Origin: the human T2T-CHM13v2.0 reference genome, Homo sapiens
Assembly: GCF_009914755.1 (NCBI RefSeq)
Contig: NC_060930.1
DNA length: 64,000 nt
Direction: 5' to 3' (one strand)
The position numbers and the translations under genes are program-made. The notes beneath the pieces were generated by a model. The model was not told the DNA's origin. It saw only the letters and a program-made list of their open reading frames with translations, and searched no databases. Positions 26,347-40,129 of the stretch are shown here, piece by piece. Position 1 is the stretch's first letter, and each line of letters begins with the position of its first letter.

Positions 26347-27513
26347 GAATTAAGCATTAATAAGCTGGGATAAAAGAAAGTAACAGGGAATAAGGATCTC
26401 TTTTAGATTGAAAAGCAGATATGTGAGGGAAGCTGGAGTAAGACTGAAGCATGGAAGATTATACTCAGAGTGTAAAGTTACATTTGTGGTTTTCAAGGTA
26501 GAGTGTTTCCTGGTGATGGCTAAGTTCATGGATTTTCCCTTGGGACTGTAGCTGATGTGGAAGCGACATGACAGTTAGGGTGGTCCAGAATTTTCAGGGA
26601 AATTATTGCATGACTCATCTACATACATATTGAAACAACTGAAAAAACTGAAGTTCTGATTATTTGCTCAAAATTCATCAGTCACTAAAATAAAATACAA
26701 GTCATTGTTAAAGCATTTGCTTGTTTATACTTCTTGTCATATAATGCTTTTATTGGAGGAAACAAAAATGTCTCAGAATTTTTTATGAAGTAACACTACC
26801 ATAAGGCATGTAGAAGTGACTGCTGTTTGTCAAGTTGTACAATTTTAACATGACAGTTAAATTAATGTATATATTTGAATTCCTACATTTAGCTTCTACT
26901 AAATTTGAATAAGGAGATATATGGTGGACTTAACATGTGAATTTAAATTTGCATTTTATTTTCAAGGAATATTAGACTGAATTGTAATGTTATCACTGTA
27001 TAAAATAATTAAGTGCAAAAGGAACTTTAGTGACAATCCGTTTGATTTTATATACTGTCAAGTTTTTGCATCTGTCCACTAAATAGTTCAATTTATGAGC
27101 TGATGTAGACATTATTTTTAACTGAATGTTTCAATGTAGTTTGTGATCTTCAAAAGTATTTCTTCTATAATTTGATGCACAACTGTAATATGATGATGAT
27201 AAGTTTGAATAGATAAACCTTGACATTGAGAGAGGTATCTTAATGCCTACTTTTAAAGGTATACAAATTAGTACGGGAAAAGAAGCAATTTTAATGCAGA
27301 AGTAAGTTATAAAACCTGTAAAATTTGTTTAATAAATTTGATTTGAGTGAGTCAGTGCCTGTAGAACATAAGGAAAGAGTTAGGCTAATTAAGGAATGCA
27401 GCTAGAACATCCTGAGAGAGGGCTCTGAGAGCAGGCCATGATGAATTAGACTTGCCTTGTCACCTTTCCTGCAATCTACCCCAACAAAATAACTTTGCCA
27501 ACTCTAACAGTTT

Positions 27514-27825
27514 TGTATGGTTTCCACAGCAAATTACTGCAAACTTAGTGTCTTAAAACAACAAAAATTTATATCGTAGCTTTGTAGGGCAGAAATCTGC
27601 CACAGGTCTTAGTGGGCTAAAATCAAGGTGTCAGCAGGGCTGCAATCCTTCCGTAAGCTGTTTCCTCATGTTTTTGGTTTTCTGGAAGCCACTCACATTT
27701 GCTCATGGCCCCCTTCCTCCATTTCAGAGTCAGAAATAATAGATCGTGTCCTCACCCTGCATCTCTCTGGCCACCTCTGCTTCCAGCTTCTACCTTTAAG
27801 GACCCTTGTGATGACATTGGGACCA
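27514..27825 (-). mobile_element. MLT1C/D-like LTR
   Basis: 'aaacttagtgtcttaaaacaacaaaaatttat...gggctaaaatcaaggtgtcagcagggctg...gacccttgtgatgacattggg'. Confidence 0.8.
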
Positions 27826-28548
27826 GCTTCATTTCTCCAAATGTCCTCCTCTCATACCTCTCCTTGCACATCAAGCTGCTCACCCTTTGTGCTTTTGCAC
27901 ATGCTGTTTGATTATGAAACTCCATGACCCTCCTCCTCATGATTCACTTGACTGACCATTCAACGCTCAGTTCAGGTGGCTCTTCCTTCAGAAAGCCTTT
28001 TTCCATCTACTGTCCTACTGCCCCTCCCAAGGTAAGTACCCAAACAATTTTCTCCAATAGCACTTGATTATTTTCTATCATAATAAATAGAATTCGGTTT
28101 TCCAGTTGTGTGGCATTAGTCATTTCCCTCTGTTTGACTCTGAGTTTCTTAAGAATTAGAATCATCTGTAATTCATATTTATAAGCCCAGCATCTAATAC
28201 ACTGTCTGCCTTTTAGCCAGGTGTTTTTCAACCTAGATCACACAACCCGTTAGTGAGTGGGTCATGGAAAAAGTTTGTGTTTGACCATTATTTATTTTTA
28301 ATAACATAGAAGAGAATGCAAAATATGAGTATGAGAGATAAGGTTATTGTTTTGTAAAAATTTGTTTCAGTCATAACTGTGATTATGTTGCCATGTAAAA
28401 TATATACCTTATCACTTTTCTGTGGTCATGATGAAAGGAAACCTTAAAAGCTACTACCTTGGTAATATGCAATAAATAACTGTGGAATGAATTATGCACA
28501 AATAATTACGTAGCTGATGCCAATACAGTGTACCTTGTGTCTCTACAG

Positions 28549-28988
28549 ATTTCTGGAAACTCCTCTCAATAATGAGCCTGAACCAGATTGTTCTGATCTT
28601 CCCTTTACTTGGCTGCAGGCCTCAAACCAGTAGGGAATGTTCCCTGGAAGTTAGATGCTCCCATCTCTACTTAGTGGCTACCAAGAGGCTTATCCCAAGA
28701 AAAGCTGGGAAAGTCCCTCTTAGGAGCCTTGCCACTGATTTTTTTTTTCCCCAAGAATCTTTAGTAAAGAGTATCCCACCTCATACCACAGCCTGCAGAA
28801 TGGTTACAGTGTCCATCCCTCAGCCCTGGGGAGTACTCCGATGTGCCAGAGGCTGCAAAAACACTGCTGGCCAGGCATGGAAGCCCATTCCCCTCGCCCA
28901 ACAATCCTGGCACAATTCACCCAAGCTGCGAAGTGATCCTTGTCACAGATAATTGAGCTAAAAACATTAATTTAAAAAAGAGAAGGAG
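28549..28988 (+). pseudogene. Pseudo-exon, module 2 central and PAP-associated domain; frame open for about 134 codons
   Basis: ctctacag|xFWKLLSIMSLNQIVLIF (compare 'GTLSSYSLVLMVLHY') ... KVPLRSLATDFFF (compare PAP-assoc 'SLGxLLLGFF') ... QSWHNSPK. Corresponds to ORF 28572-28952. Confidence 0.6.
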
Positions 28989-29097
28989 GTCATTTCATTA
29001 TTGTTGGAAGAAAGCTCAAATTGAAGGAGTAAAGAGTCCTAGAATCAAATTTCTATTTCTTTAATCAGAACATCCTGCCACCACTATGGCTAACTTT

Positions 29098-29180
29098 ATT
29101 TCCATGTGTTTGTTTATTTGTCACTTTTCCATGTGTTTATTTGTCACGTTTCCATGTGTTTATCTATTTGTCATTTTTCC
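29098..29180. repeat. Three-copy 23-27 bp minisatellite
   Basis: tttccatgtgttt(gttt/atct)atttgtca x3. Confidence 0.85.
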
Positions 29181-30778
29181 AAAAGTACTTGAGGTAACTT
29201 AACCTCTCTGAGATCCAGTGATGTGAAGGCAGAGGAAAAGAAGGAAAAAAATTAAACAGAAAAAAAATGAACTTTTCTTTGATATGTCAAGAGAAAGTGG
29301 ATCTACCTACCCTCTGCCTAATCATTTTCATGAAGTTTTTGGAATTTAATGGTGGAGGTTGCAATAGAAAGGATGAAATGTATTTCATTATCAAAAAACT
29401 CTGGGAAAATAATTTTTCAGCAATGTGAGTACTCTCTGTGTAACTACCACAGTGGGCAGAAGTTGGTCATTCTATACCTGGTTAGAACTATTTCCTGTTA
29501 GTCTCCCTTTGTTTAAGGGATATAAAAGCTGCTTCTGTGTCAGATACAGAGTACCCGAGAATATAAAAACAATAGAATACTTTTCCTCTTACATCTCTGC
29601 TTACAAATAATGAGGTTTGTTCTGAATTGTATTTTTCTTCTTTGTAGTTAAGAGCAGGTGCTGCAAACGGACTGCATTTGTTGGGGTTGCTCAGCAGGAA
29701 ATTGGGGGGGCAGTGAGTGACTCACCAAAACTGAGGGATACGAAAGGACAATAGAATAACAACAGAGAAAAACATGAAGACAGAAAGGTAAGAAAAAAGA
29801 TGGTTCTTAAAGTAAAAACTAGTTTGGACGTTTGGCTGAAGAATTAATTTACAGTGAAGAGCACAGAAGGGAAATAAAATTGGAATAGAGAAAAGAATGT
29901 GAAGAACTAAGCAAAAACCACTAATGTTTGATGACCTGTCAATTCTCAAATGAAAAGCAGGTGTCCTGTCTCCTAACCCAATCCTACAAAGACTCAGGGC
30001 TTCCAAAGGGAAAGGAAAGGCAGGCTTCGATTACAGCTAAAATATGCCTATATCACATTGGATGTATGCATTTTCTACTTTTGTTTTGAAGTCGCCCTGA
30101 CTACATCTGTGAAGGATTTGAGGCAACTTTGCGTCTCATATATATATATTTTTTATTATACTTTAAGTTCTAGGGTACATAAGTCTATGTTTCTTTCTAT
30201 CAACTGGTTACTATCTTAAATTACATAGTGTCTCCTACTTTGTCTCATCTCTAATTACTAATTAACTCACATTTTATAACTTTTATAGTAGAGTAGAGAT
30301 TCTGGTTCTCCTTCTGAGATGCAGCACTAGTATGAGAAACAGTCACTTTGTACCAGAACTTTAAACTGTATCATTTGAAAATCAACAGAGAGCAGAAATC
30401 TAATTAGCCAGGCCCCCTGTGGCCGGAGCTGCTGTAAACCCTGGAGCCTCTTCCTGGCGAGGTGCTGAATGAAAGGAGTCAGAGATCAAGGCACAGCTGG
30501 GAAAGGTTAGCTCTGTCCGCAGAGTGTCTTTCCAGAGTGAGCAGACCCCTGACAAAGAGAGGGTTGATGGAAGCATGTGGTGGAGCTTTCTCGGGACATC
30601 AGGGTCACATATATGGTACAGATCCCATAGCACCTGTGACAGCATCGGTCTACCCTTTCCATGTTAAAATAAACAACTCTAGTTTCTCCTCACTCTTTCA
30701 GTTTGAGAAGAGAAATAATGGAACAATTGTGCTTTTTTCCTGGGTATCAGATGATTTTATTTTTAAAATACATATATA

Positions 30779-30811
<33 letters not shown>

Positions 30812-31039
30812 TGCACATAGTGAACACACTGATTCGTTCTATAGAATTCAAGGAAACCAGCAGTCAGAAAGTTTTTCTCCAGAATATTATGGCTTGGAAC
30901 AGTCGAGAAAAAGAATCATAGCATATTGATTATGGTACATCAGAATCATAACATTAAAAATCAGAAAAACAGGCTTTTTTTTCCCAAGAAATTTTGTCTT
31001 CTGAAATGTGTATATAAAGTATACATCTATATTTCTATG

Positions 31040-31480
31040 TGTTAAAAAGGTAAACTGAAGCACAATGAAATTTTTAAAGAGTTTATTTTAACCAAACAAC
31101 GATGTGTGAATTGGGTAGCTCCAAACCAGAAGTGGTTCTGAAGCTTGACTGGTGAATTCAAGGGGTAGGTTTTTCCAGAGGAAACATAGAAATAAAGCAA
31201 AGAAAATATTTGATTGGTTATAGTTATACAGTTGCCTTATTTGGTCTATCCCATTGAAAAGCCTCTAGTTATATATACTTACATAAGTTTGCTGGTGGAT
31301 TCTGACTGGTTGAACTTAAGTTCTGTCTTTCCTTAATATAGGTGTTTACTAGAAATAGATCAAGTTAAGTTTTGCTTACGTTTGCAAATCAAGCAAGGTT
31401 TAGGCCACTTAGGAGACCTAATTGGCTTGGCCTACTAAGGGCTTCTTCAGGCTTAGTCTCCATTTTAATTTCCTTTAACA
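31040..31480 (-). mobile_element. ERV1 (MER4-group, MER31/MER67-like) solo LTR
   Basis: TG...CA ends, 'aaactgaagcacaat...tttaaagagtttattt', 'tttgattggttatagttatacagttgccttatttgg'. Confidence 0.7.
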
Positions 31481-31521
31481 TGTACATATATATACACACA
31501 CACTTAATTTATACATAAATA

Positions 31522-31535
31522 TGTGTGTGTGTGTA

Positions 31536-31590
<55 letters not shown>
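31522..31590. repeat. (TG)n(TA)n(T)n compound repeat
   Basis: Direct reading. Confidence 0.95.
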
Positions 31591-31592
<2 letters not shown>

Positions 31593-33112
31593 TGGAGAAA
31601 TGGTCATTTGTAAGTTTGGGTATCTTCTTTTAGTGGATAGGATTTCAACCTTCTTTCCTGTTTGGGAGGAGCTTCCTACTGCGTGTTGTCTTGTTGAAAG
31701 GCAATGATCTGCCTCCCACTACCAACACCAGAAGAGTGAGAATTTCTCTTGCTCTGTCCCGGTAGGCAGTGTATATGCACGTGACTTAGCATCAGCTCAT
31801 CGGATGCCCCAAATCAGATCTTTGTCTCTGAAGTGAATGTTACAAAGAATGAAAAACAGCAAGAATTCTTTCAAGGCTGCAGAGGAGTCTATGTCCTAAA
31901 GCCTCAGAAGACCTGGTCTGTTTCTGCTAAAAAAATACACGTTGTGCTTCTGGCTTTTTGGCTGTAAGAATCTATCTCGATGCCAGGTCTGGTTCTCAGC
32001 TGCCCATTGACTCTGTGACCCTACATTAAGCAAATCAGAGTAAGTTTCCATTTTTTTGTAACCAATTGCATTGTAAAATATGCAAATGTTGAGAATAGAT
32101 TCAGTCTCAGTCCTGCCATTTAAGATCTTCTCTCCCCAAAATAAATTCTGACAATTATCAAATTGGCAGTTTTATGGAATAGGAGTTACAGCATTAGATA
32201 ATAATAATTCCTCTGCCTCAAAACAAGTTGTTCCAAAGTAATAAAAAGTAATAAGATAAGTTCTGTGATTTTGAAGTTAGGAGGAAGTAAAAACTTGTTC
32301 CTTCTTACATCTGGAAACTTGAACTCTACTATAATATTTATTTGTTTTAAAAAGTCACTATCATAAATGTTCTCAATAAAAATATTAAATGATATTGTAG
32401 TATGAACAATTTTTATGGCAGGAGACAGCAGCAGCCTTGAGGGATGAACTTTTGTTTTTTATAAATTATGTTAAAAAGCTAACTTACTATTGAGCTGATA
32501 TTTTTTGCCTATTAGAGCATTTCAACTACCTTCAAAATCATATGGCATATCCAAGCTAAATCACAGGGTGTTCATCAGAGGTAATCACTAAATCCTCTAA
32601 AAATTATAATATCACCCAATACAATGGATGGACCTATTCTAACATTAGGAAGTATTTCTATGTTTTAAGTTATCATGGTATATAAAAAGGTATGTGGTAG
32701 ACTATTTTAAAATAACATTTTAATTTTTATAATATTTTAGGAAAAATTTAGCATACAATGAAATTTTTTTAATTACTTAAATCAATATGATTGAGGAAGA
32801 GCATAAGAGAATAAATTAAAGTCATCCTAGCCAAAGTTCTTGGTCAGGAATTTTACATGATGAGATTAAAATAATATTTTTAAACAATCCAGTCAACAAA
32901 ATCATGAAACTTTTTGCAGTTAACAGCTATAAACACCTGCATGCATGCAGAGATAACCTTCAAACAAGTTCATTTATGAAAAGATACTGAAATCCAAGAT
33001 GATGATAATAATTGAAAAAAATGAGCTGACTTCCTATGAAACTCAGAACTACTATGTAATACCTTTATCAATAGCTATTTTGTTAAAAAATTATTAAGAG
33101 TATCCTGTTTTC

Positions 33113-33476
<364 letters not shown>

Positions 33477-34339
33477 TTAGCAGTTACACTATGACAAGCC
33501 AAAGGCATCTCCATAAGGAAGTCTCAAGGAAACCTTCCAAATCTCAGGAATGTAGAATAAATTGAACAAACGTGTGGAGAGCTAGAATCAGAAATTCATG
33601 ATAATAACACTTACTCCTTTTATGTGTCTAAAAGCTCTGAAAGAGAAGATAATGGATGTACTATAGAACATGTAAACTTTAAACTATACAAAGTTCTATA
33701 GGGAATATCAAACAATGGCCTTTGGTGATAAAAAAGAGCAAGCAAAACGAGATATATGAATGGATAACCAATAATATATTAGTACAATTTTATTTGCCAG
33801 GATGGGCTAAAGTAGGTTTTGAGAGACACAATAAGTTTGCAAAGTCTCTAAAAAGATACATAAAAATTTAAAAATATGCAAAAGAGATACTGAAGTTCTT
33901 AAAAAAGAAACAAGAAGAAACATATAGTACCCCAAGTATAGTGATCATCATTTGTTGAAGCATGCATCATTTCTCCTTGTTGATACCATCTAAAAACTTC
34001 TAGGTATAAGTTGTTTAGGGCTTCAAAAGACTCTAATATGTTCTAATTGCTTTTCGTAAAGCACACTGATTAAATCTAACAACCAGTACTAGCATTTAAG
34101 CAGATGAATTTGATGGGGGAGAATTACACAACCAGGACCACTCATTTTCTCTTAAAATTAGGATCAAGAAATTTCAAGTGGATATTTACTGTTGTCAATA
34201 GTTCTATGTACTTTCCAAGCAAAGTCATTTTGCCACTTTCCTCTATACTTATTTCACATCTTTTTTTGTTAACTCCTGCATATGGCATAGAGGTTAAAAT
34301 TGCAGGTTCTATAAGTTAGCTAAGAGATAGAGCAATTGG

Positions 34340-34925
34340 ATCTCTTATACTTTGCAAGTGGAAGTATAATGAGCTCAGAATTGCTTGGCTGAATCTACTA
34401 AAGCAATTCGGCTTCTAGGCACATTCCCAAAAATATATACATACATATGTGTGTGTGTGTGTGTGTATAACAAAATACATGTGCAAGAACAATCATAGAT
34501 GTTTTACTCATAATGGTCATAAACTGGAAAGTAATCCAAATGTCCATCAATAGCAAAGCAAAAAATATGTGGTATATTTACACAATAGCATTCCACAGAG
34601 CAATAAAAAAAAAAAAAAAAACAACGGCCGATGCATGCACCAACATGGATCAAAGCCAGATGCAAAGGGAGCATAACATATGATTTCATTTGTGTACAGT
34701 TCCAAAATCAGGAATAACTTACGAATGGTAATAGAAGCCAGTATGGTGATAGACTTCTGAGTGAATGATTATTGACTGGGAAGGAGCACATTGAAACCCT
34801 GTGGGGTGCTGGAATTATTCTGTTTTTTTAATCTAGATGGTAGCAGTGTGGAACTGTGAATGTGTGGAAATTCATTGAACTATACATTAATTGGTGCATT
34901 TTTGTATTTTCTATATGTATTTTAA
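34340..34925 (+). mobile_element. L1ME-like 3' end
   Basis: 'aaactggaaagtaatccaaatgtccatcaatag...aaattcattgaactatac'. Confidence 0.7.
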
Positions 34926-34929
34926 TTTT

Positions 34930-35890
34930 TTTTAAATTTTGAAAGATGTATAGATTCACAGGAGATTGCAAAAATGTACTGGGAATTCCTATGCATTCCT
35001 CCCACAGCTTCCCCTTAAATATAACATCTTATACACACATGTTAAAATAGCAAAACCAATATACTGAGATTTATACAATACATACAGCTTATTCAGATTT
35101 TTAGGTTACACATACACTATTTCATGTACATAGTTTTATGCAATTTTATCACATATGTAGCCTTGTGTAACTACCATTGCAATCAAGATACTCAACTGTT
35201 ATATCACCATAAGATTCTCTTCATAGTCATGCATCCATCTTCCTCATCCCTAGCTCCTGGCAAACACTAATCTGCTCTCCATATCTCTGATTATGTTCTT
35301 TCACAAATGTAACATAATGGAAGCAAGCAGTTTGTATTCTTTTGAGACTGGCTTTTTTCACTCAGCATAATTCCTTGATGTTCATCCAAATTGTTGTGTA
35401 TATCAACAGTCTGCTCCTTTTTACTGATGAATAATATTCCATGATGTGGATATACCATAGTTTCTTTAACCATTTACCGATTAAAAAAACATTTGGGTGG
35501 TTTCCAGCTTATGGCTATTATGAATAATGGTGCTATGAACACTCATGTGCACATTCTTGCACAGAAATAAGTCTTCATTTATCTGGAATAAATGGCTAAA
35601 AGTACTATTTTGGGGTTGTATGGTATGTTTATTTTTTAATTCTTAAAGGAGCTGCCAAATTATTTTCTAGAGTGGCTGTACTATATTACATTCCCATCAG
35701 CAATGCCTGAATAGTCCAGGTTCTCTGCAACCTCACCAGCATTTAGTGTTATCATTCTTTTCATCCATTTTGCCCATTCTGATAGGTGTGTAGTGATAGC
35801 TCATTGTAATTTTAGTGTATATTTCTCTAATGGCTAATGATATTGAACATCTTTTTATGTGCTTATTTTCTATTTGTATATCTTTTTTGG
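34930..35890 (-). mobile_element. L1MD/MC-like 3' end
   Basis: 'tagattcacaggagattgcaaaaat...gactggcttttttcactcagcataatt...ctaatgatattgaacatcttttt'. Confidence 0.8.
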
Positions 35891-36499
35891 TTATACATTA
35901 TATATTATTTCTATCAATACAAATGTAAAAAAAAATTGCCTTTAAGAAAACCATTGTAGGCTGTGATGACTCCTTTAGTGTGAACCCCACCTCTGTGGCT
36001 TACCAGCTATGTAATCTTAAGGAAGTCACTTAAAATTTCTCTTCCTCAGTTTTCTTCTTTATAGAATGGTCTAACTAAGATGTTGGAGGTATTTAATACA
36101 TTCGTGTATTTAAAGTCCTTAAAATTGTGCCTGGGAGATAATCAGAATAAATGATATGTTAACAAAAACAAACCTTTCCAAAATCTTCTTCTGTTTGTCT
36201 CCTCATTCTCAGTTGCTAGCTCATCTTAAACAGAGAATTATAAGACATTAATCTAAGTATATTAGATCTATTAATTCAGTAAGTCCTTACAACAACCTTA
36301 GAAGGTAGCCCTACACTTAACACATGAGGAAATTAAGCCACAGAAGGATCAAGTAGTTGCCCTAGATTAGAAAGCTCTCAGAGGCCAGGCTAAGGAACTG
36401 AACCTAGGCAGTCTGCCCTGGGGCAGTGCTCTGAACCAGGAAGTAGTCAAATGGGATTGGACTCATTTCACCACTATAAATGCACTCATGGATGCTTCT

Positions 36500-37680
36500 G
36501 AACTCATTTACTTGACATTTCTTCCTTTCACAGGAAAATAAGAGTGTATATTCACTCATCTAAGGCCAGTCACTGCAACTGTGCTTGCATCCTATCTCTG
36601 TAACTCGTTCACAAACTTTACTTCTGTTATCTCACTTCTCTTCTGCATCCTCAAATTTCCCTCAACCTGTATTGCTTTTATTGATATAGCAACATGCCTT
36701 AACATTGGATCTCTTCCACACTTGTGGTGACTTTGTATTCCTCTACAGTTGTCAGAGTTCTCTCTTCAGTTCATAGCAAAATTCACTTAATGAGTTATCT
36801 ATGTATCTGTGGGATCCACTTATTTATCTGCCTTTACTTTTAAGGAATTCCAACGAGGCTTTGTCCCCACAACTTACTAGATCTCTTACTACATTATTAA
36901 GTCACAAAAAACTTCACTTTTTTCTTGCCTTTTAAATTATCAAGTCCACCCTCTCTCTCAAAAAAACTTTTCTTTAACTTTATATTACCATGTGGTTGCT
37001 TAATTCCCTTTAGCCTCTTGGCTACTGCTGTTTATTTTTCTTTCTGAGTCTTTCTTCCTGGCCCAATATCTTAATGAAAGCATGACTTCTATCTCAGTTC
37101 TCATCTGTCTTTTCTTTCCTGGCCTTGTCCTTTCCCTAGATGGACTTATCCAGACCTATGGCTTTAAGTACCTCTATATGCTAATGATTTTTTAATTCAT
37201 ATCTCCAGCTATGACCACTCTACTGAGATCTTGAGTTTTATGTCCATCTGCCTACTTGACAGCTGCACTTAAATATCCTATTGGCTTCTGACTTTGACAT
37301 TGTTGTTCAAAACTAATCACTTCATTCCTGTCTGCCTAATACTCCAAACCTAACTCTCCCTTAGTCTTCCTAAACTTAGGGATGCTAAGCCCAAAGTTTA
37401 GAAGTTTGTTTTAAATTATTCTTTCTTCTACTCTATTTATGCAAGCCATATAAACATGAAGATAACAAATCAAGTCACAGATGACCATCTTCATTGCTGT
37501 CATGTCAATCCTTGAGATTCTGCAGCATCCTCTATTCTTGTTTTACTCTTGCTTCTTCCATACAGCAGACAAAGTGATCGTTTTAAAGTATAAATTAGAT
37601 TTTACTATATTCTTGCTTAAAATTCTCTAGTGGCTTCTTGTTACATTTAAACTAAAACTACAAACCTTATCAAAAGACTT
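36500..37680 (+). mobile_element. L2 fragments (MIR pieces at about 35960-36440 upstream)
   Basis: 'cctatggctttaagtacctctatatgctaatga...atgtccatctgcctacttgac...gcttaaaattctctagtggcttc'. Confidence 0.65.
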
Positions 37681-38364
37681 GTCATCATCTAAAAAGGATG
37701 AGCTAGCAATTAAAGACACTTGTGAAGCCCTCTGGATGCAGACTTATTTAAGATGTTTATGTTATTTTCTTCTATATTTATAATTGTCTGGCTAAATTAA
37801 ATTTAACATTTATATCTGTACCAATTCATCTTAATATTTTTAATATGTCTAAAGCTTTCAACTTAGTTTTCATAGAAATAACATTTTCAGTTTGTCACTC
37901 ACACTTAATTGGCTTAGTGTAACACTAGTTAAATTATAATTAAAATAATAAGTACATTTTCTATAAACAGATTTGGTCACAATTTAAATGCTTCTTGTTA
38001 ATCCACTGAGGAAACAGAAATAAGGTTATGCCTTAGCCTAACCTTTCCGTGCTCTCCTGAACGTTTAACCAGTTAAAATTCCTAAACCTTTAACTCCTGA
38101 ACCTGAACTAGTTAAACAACTGGGGAATGGCCCAGTGCTTTTGTCAATGAACTTAATACAATTTTATTAAATTTGGATATTTACATGTTCTCATATTCTA
38201 GATACAAGCAAAAGAATAAAGATGTTTATTTGGCCATCATCAAAAGACCCTTAGGCATATTTATATAACTTTAGGAGAAATAAGTTTTTCTAAAATAATA
38301 GATTTGTCTGTTTTGAAACAATTGCAAACATCATATATTTAATTAGATTCTTCTATTTTCTCAG

Positions 38365-39514
38365 GACACCAAAAGATTTATGAGGCTTTAAATTCAGTTG
38401 TAAAGTCAAGACTGATGGAAGAAATATTAATGAACATACCTGGAAGACTCATAGATTTTATGAAAGACCTTCATAGATATCGTCTACAACCTGCATATAT
38501 TATATAATAAAATATTGATAGAACTACATATTGGAAATAATTATTTTTAATAAATTACTGTATATATAATTTAATTTTCTGATAAACCAGTGAAAATTAA
38601 AAATATTGTCCTTTTGTACCATACACAAAAATTCTGTCCATCTGCCTAGTGTAACACAACAAATTCCTTGATCAAATAATGGATAAGAGCTCAATACCAG
38701 AATTATTGAATACACTGAGAAAAATTTAATGCATAGTTATTTCAGATTCACATATTATGCATTGCTTCATTTAAAACCCTAATTAATATCCCAAAAGAAT
38801 TATCTTATGAACAAATTTTTTCCAGAAATTATTTATCTCACCCATACTGGTAAAATAAACAATAAATATTAAGCCAATGGTAGGAAAGGTCCATTTTGAT
38901 GCATTTTTTACATCAAAATTAATGAGGTTTAAGCATGCAATGCCATTAAAAATTTTTTTTAAAGTCTATTCTTTGTGTAAAGCCCAGGATTACTTTTTGG
39001 GATGGTAGTAATGTTTGGAGTGTATAAGAGTTTCCAACCATTTGGAAGGTATTAGCTTTAATCTGTAGCAGACTATTATGGTATTTGCAAGTCTATCTTT
39101 GAAATTGTCTCACTTAAGTTAATGTAATATGTACCTCATTAAAGAAATATAAAATGCAAGCTTTTCTATTTTAACCAAGCTAAAAAAAATAGCCAATTCT
39201 GAATATCTAAAATATTCTTGAACTTTTTGTATTTTTTGAGGAAACTATAACAACTCTTGCCAAAGAAGCATTTTCTAAATTTCTCAAAAAGTTATTTGAG
39301 TTAGAAAGTTAAATAATTGATTTTGCTTAATTTCTTGCCAGCTGGGGACTTACAAAGAGAGCATTTATTTAAAAACCAATTAAATATGGTGTGTCAGTGG
39401 AACATAGTTTGGAGAAGGAAGATGCATGCTGTGACCAAAATTTAACACATATCCTCGAAGTATCTAAATTTCCTGAACTTCTTGCAAATGAGCTGGTTCA
39501 TGCTTAAATACTTA
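38365..39514 (+). pseudogene. Large pseudo-exon, module 3 (3' end approximate)
   Basis: ttttctcag|HQKIYEALNSVVKSRL...; FVPYTKIL; SNNG*ELNTRIIEY...FRFTYYAL (compare TUT 'NTLAQHNTRMLATY...VQYLGYTMK'); TNFFQKLFISPIL (compare 'HYLQTLPEPIL'); PLKIFFKVYS. Confidence 0.6.
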
Positions 39515-39632
39515 GTACATCAATCTTTAACTTGAAAGATTATATTTATATATTTTAACTTTTATTTGAATAAAAGTTACTCATCACGCTTTTATTTGAT
39601 AAACCAAATATAATGCTTTATATAGTCTTCAG

Positions 39633-40129
39633 AGAATGAATGTCAGCAAATAAAAGCTGAGGTCTCAAGCTAGGCACACTAAAGTTTTATCATAATGAGA
39701 CTGTGTCAACAAAGTAGAATTATAATGGTTCCTCTTGGGATAACAGTGGGAATTAATTTTAAAATGGAAATGTGAAATACTTAAAGTTAGAAAGATGAAT
39801 GTTAGTAAGCTAGTAATTTACTAGCTTATTAATTTAGAGGGAAAAATATGAAGTAAAGAGAACTTTTATGAAATTTTCACAAGGAGGTCAAAACATTAGC
39901 TAAGGATAGCTAAGGTAAATTTACATGCACTTTAACTTTACCACATGAATGATTTGTCAATGAATTAGAAAACCAAGCAAAAATCTTCAAACCTGTCACA
40001 ATCTTTTCATGTAGTCCATAACCTGTAAAATTCACAGCCTATGTTACCTAAGTCTGCATGAACGTTTCCAACAATGAATCAGCATGTGCAAAAGAAAACC
40101 AGCACAGATTAAATGCTGAGTGTGCCTGG
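39633..40129 (+). pseudogene. Pseudo-exon, module 4 NTase
   Basis: GSSWDNSGN*F*NGNV at 39727 (same spacing as GLD2 'GSSLNGFGTRSSDGDL'). PVKFTAYVT*VCMNVSNN at 40022 (compare TENT4 'IIKLTDSFTEVKVDISFN'). Confidence 0.65.

Noticed and set aside
38365-38515. Terminal coding exon ending TAATAA with an overlapping AATAAA
   Set aside because: TENT-like motifs continue for more than 600 bp past these stops, so they are better read as decay.
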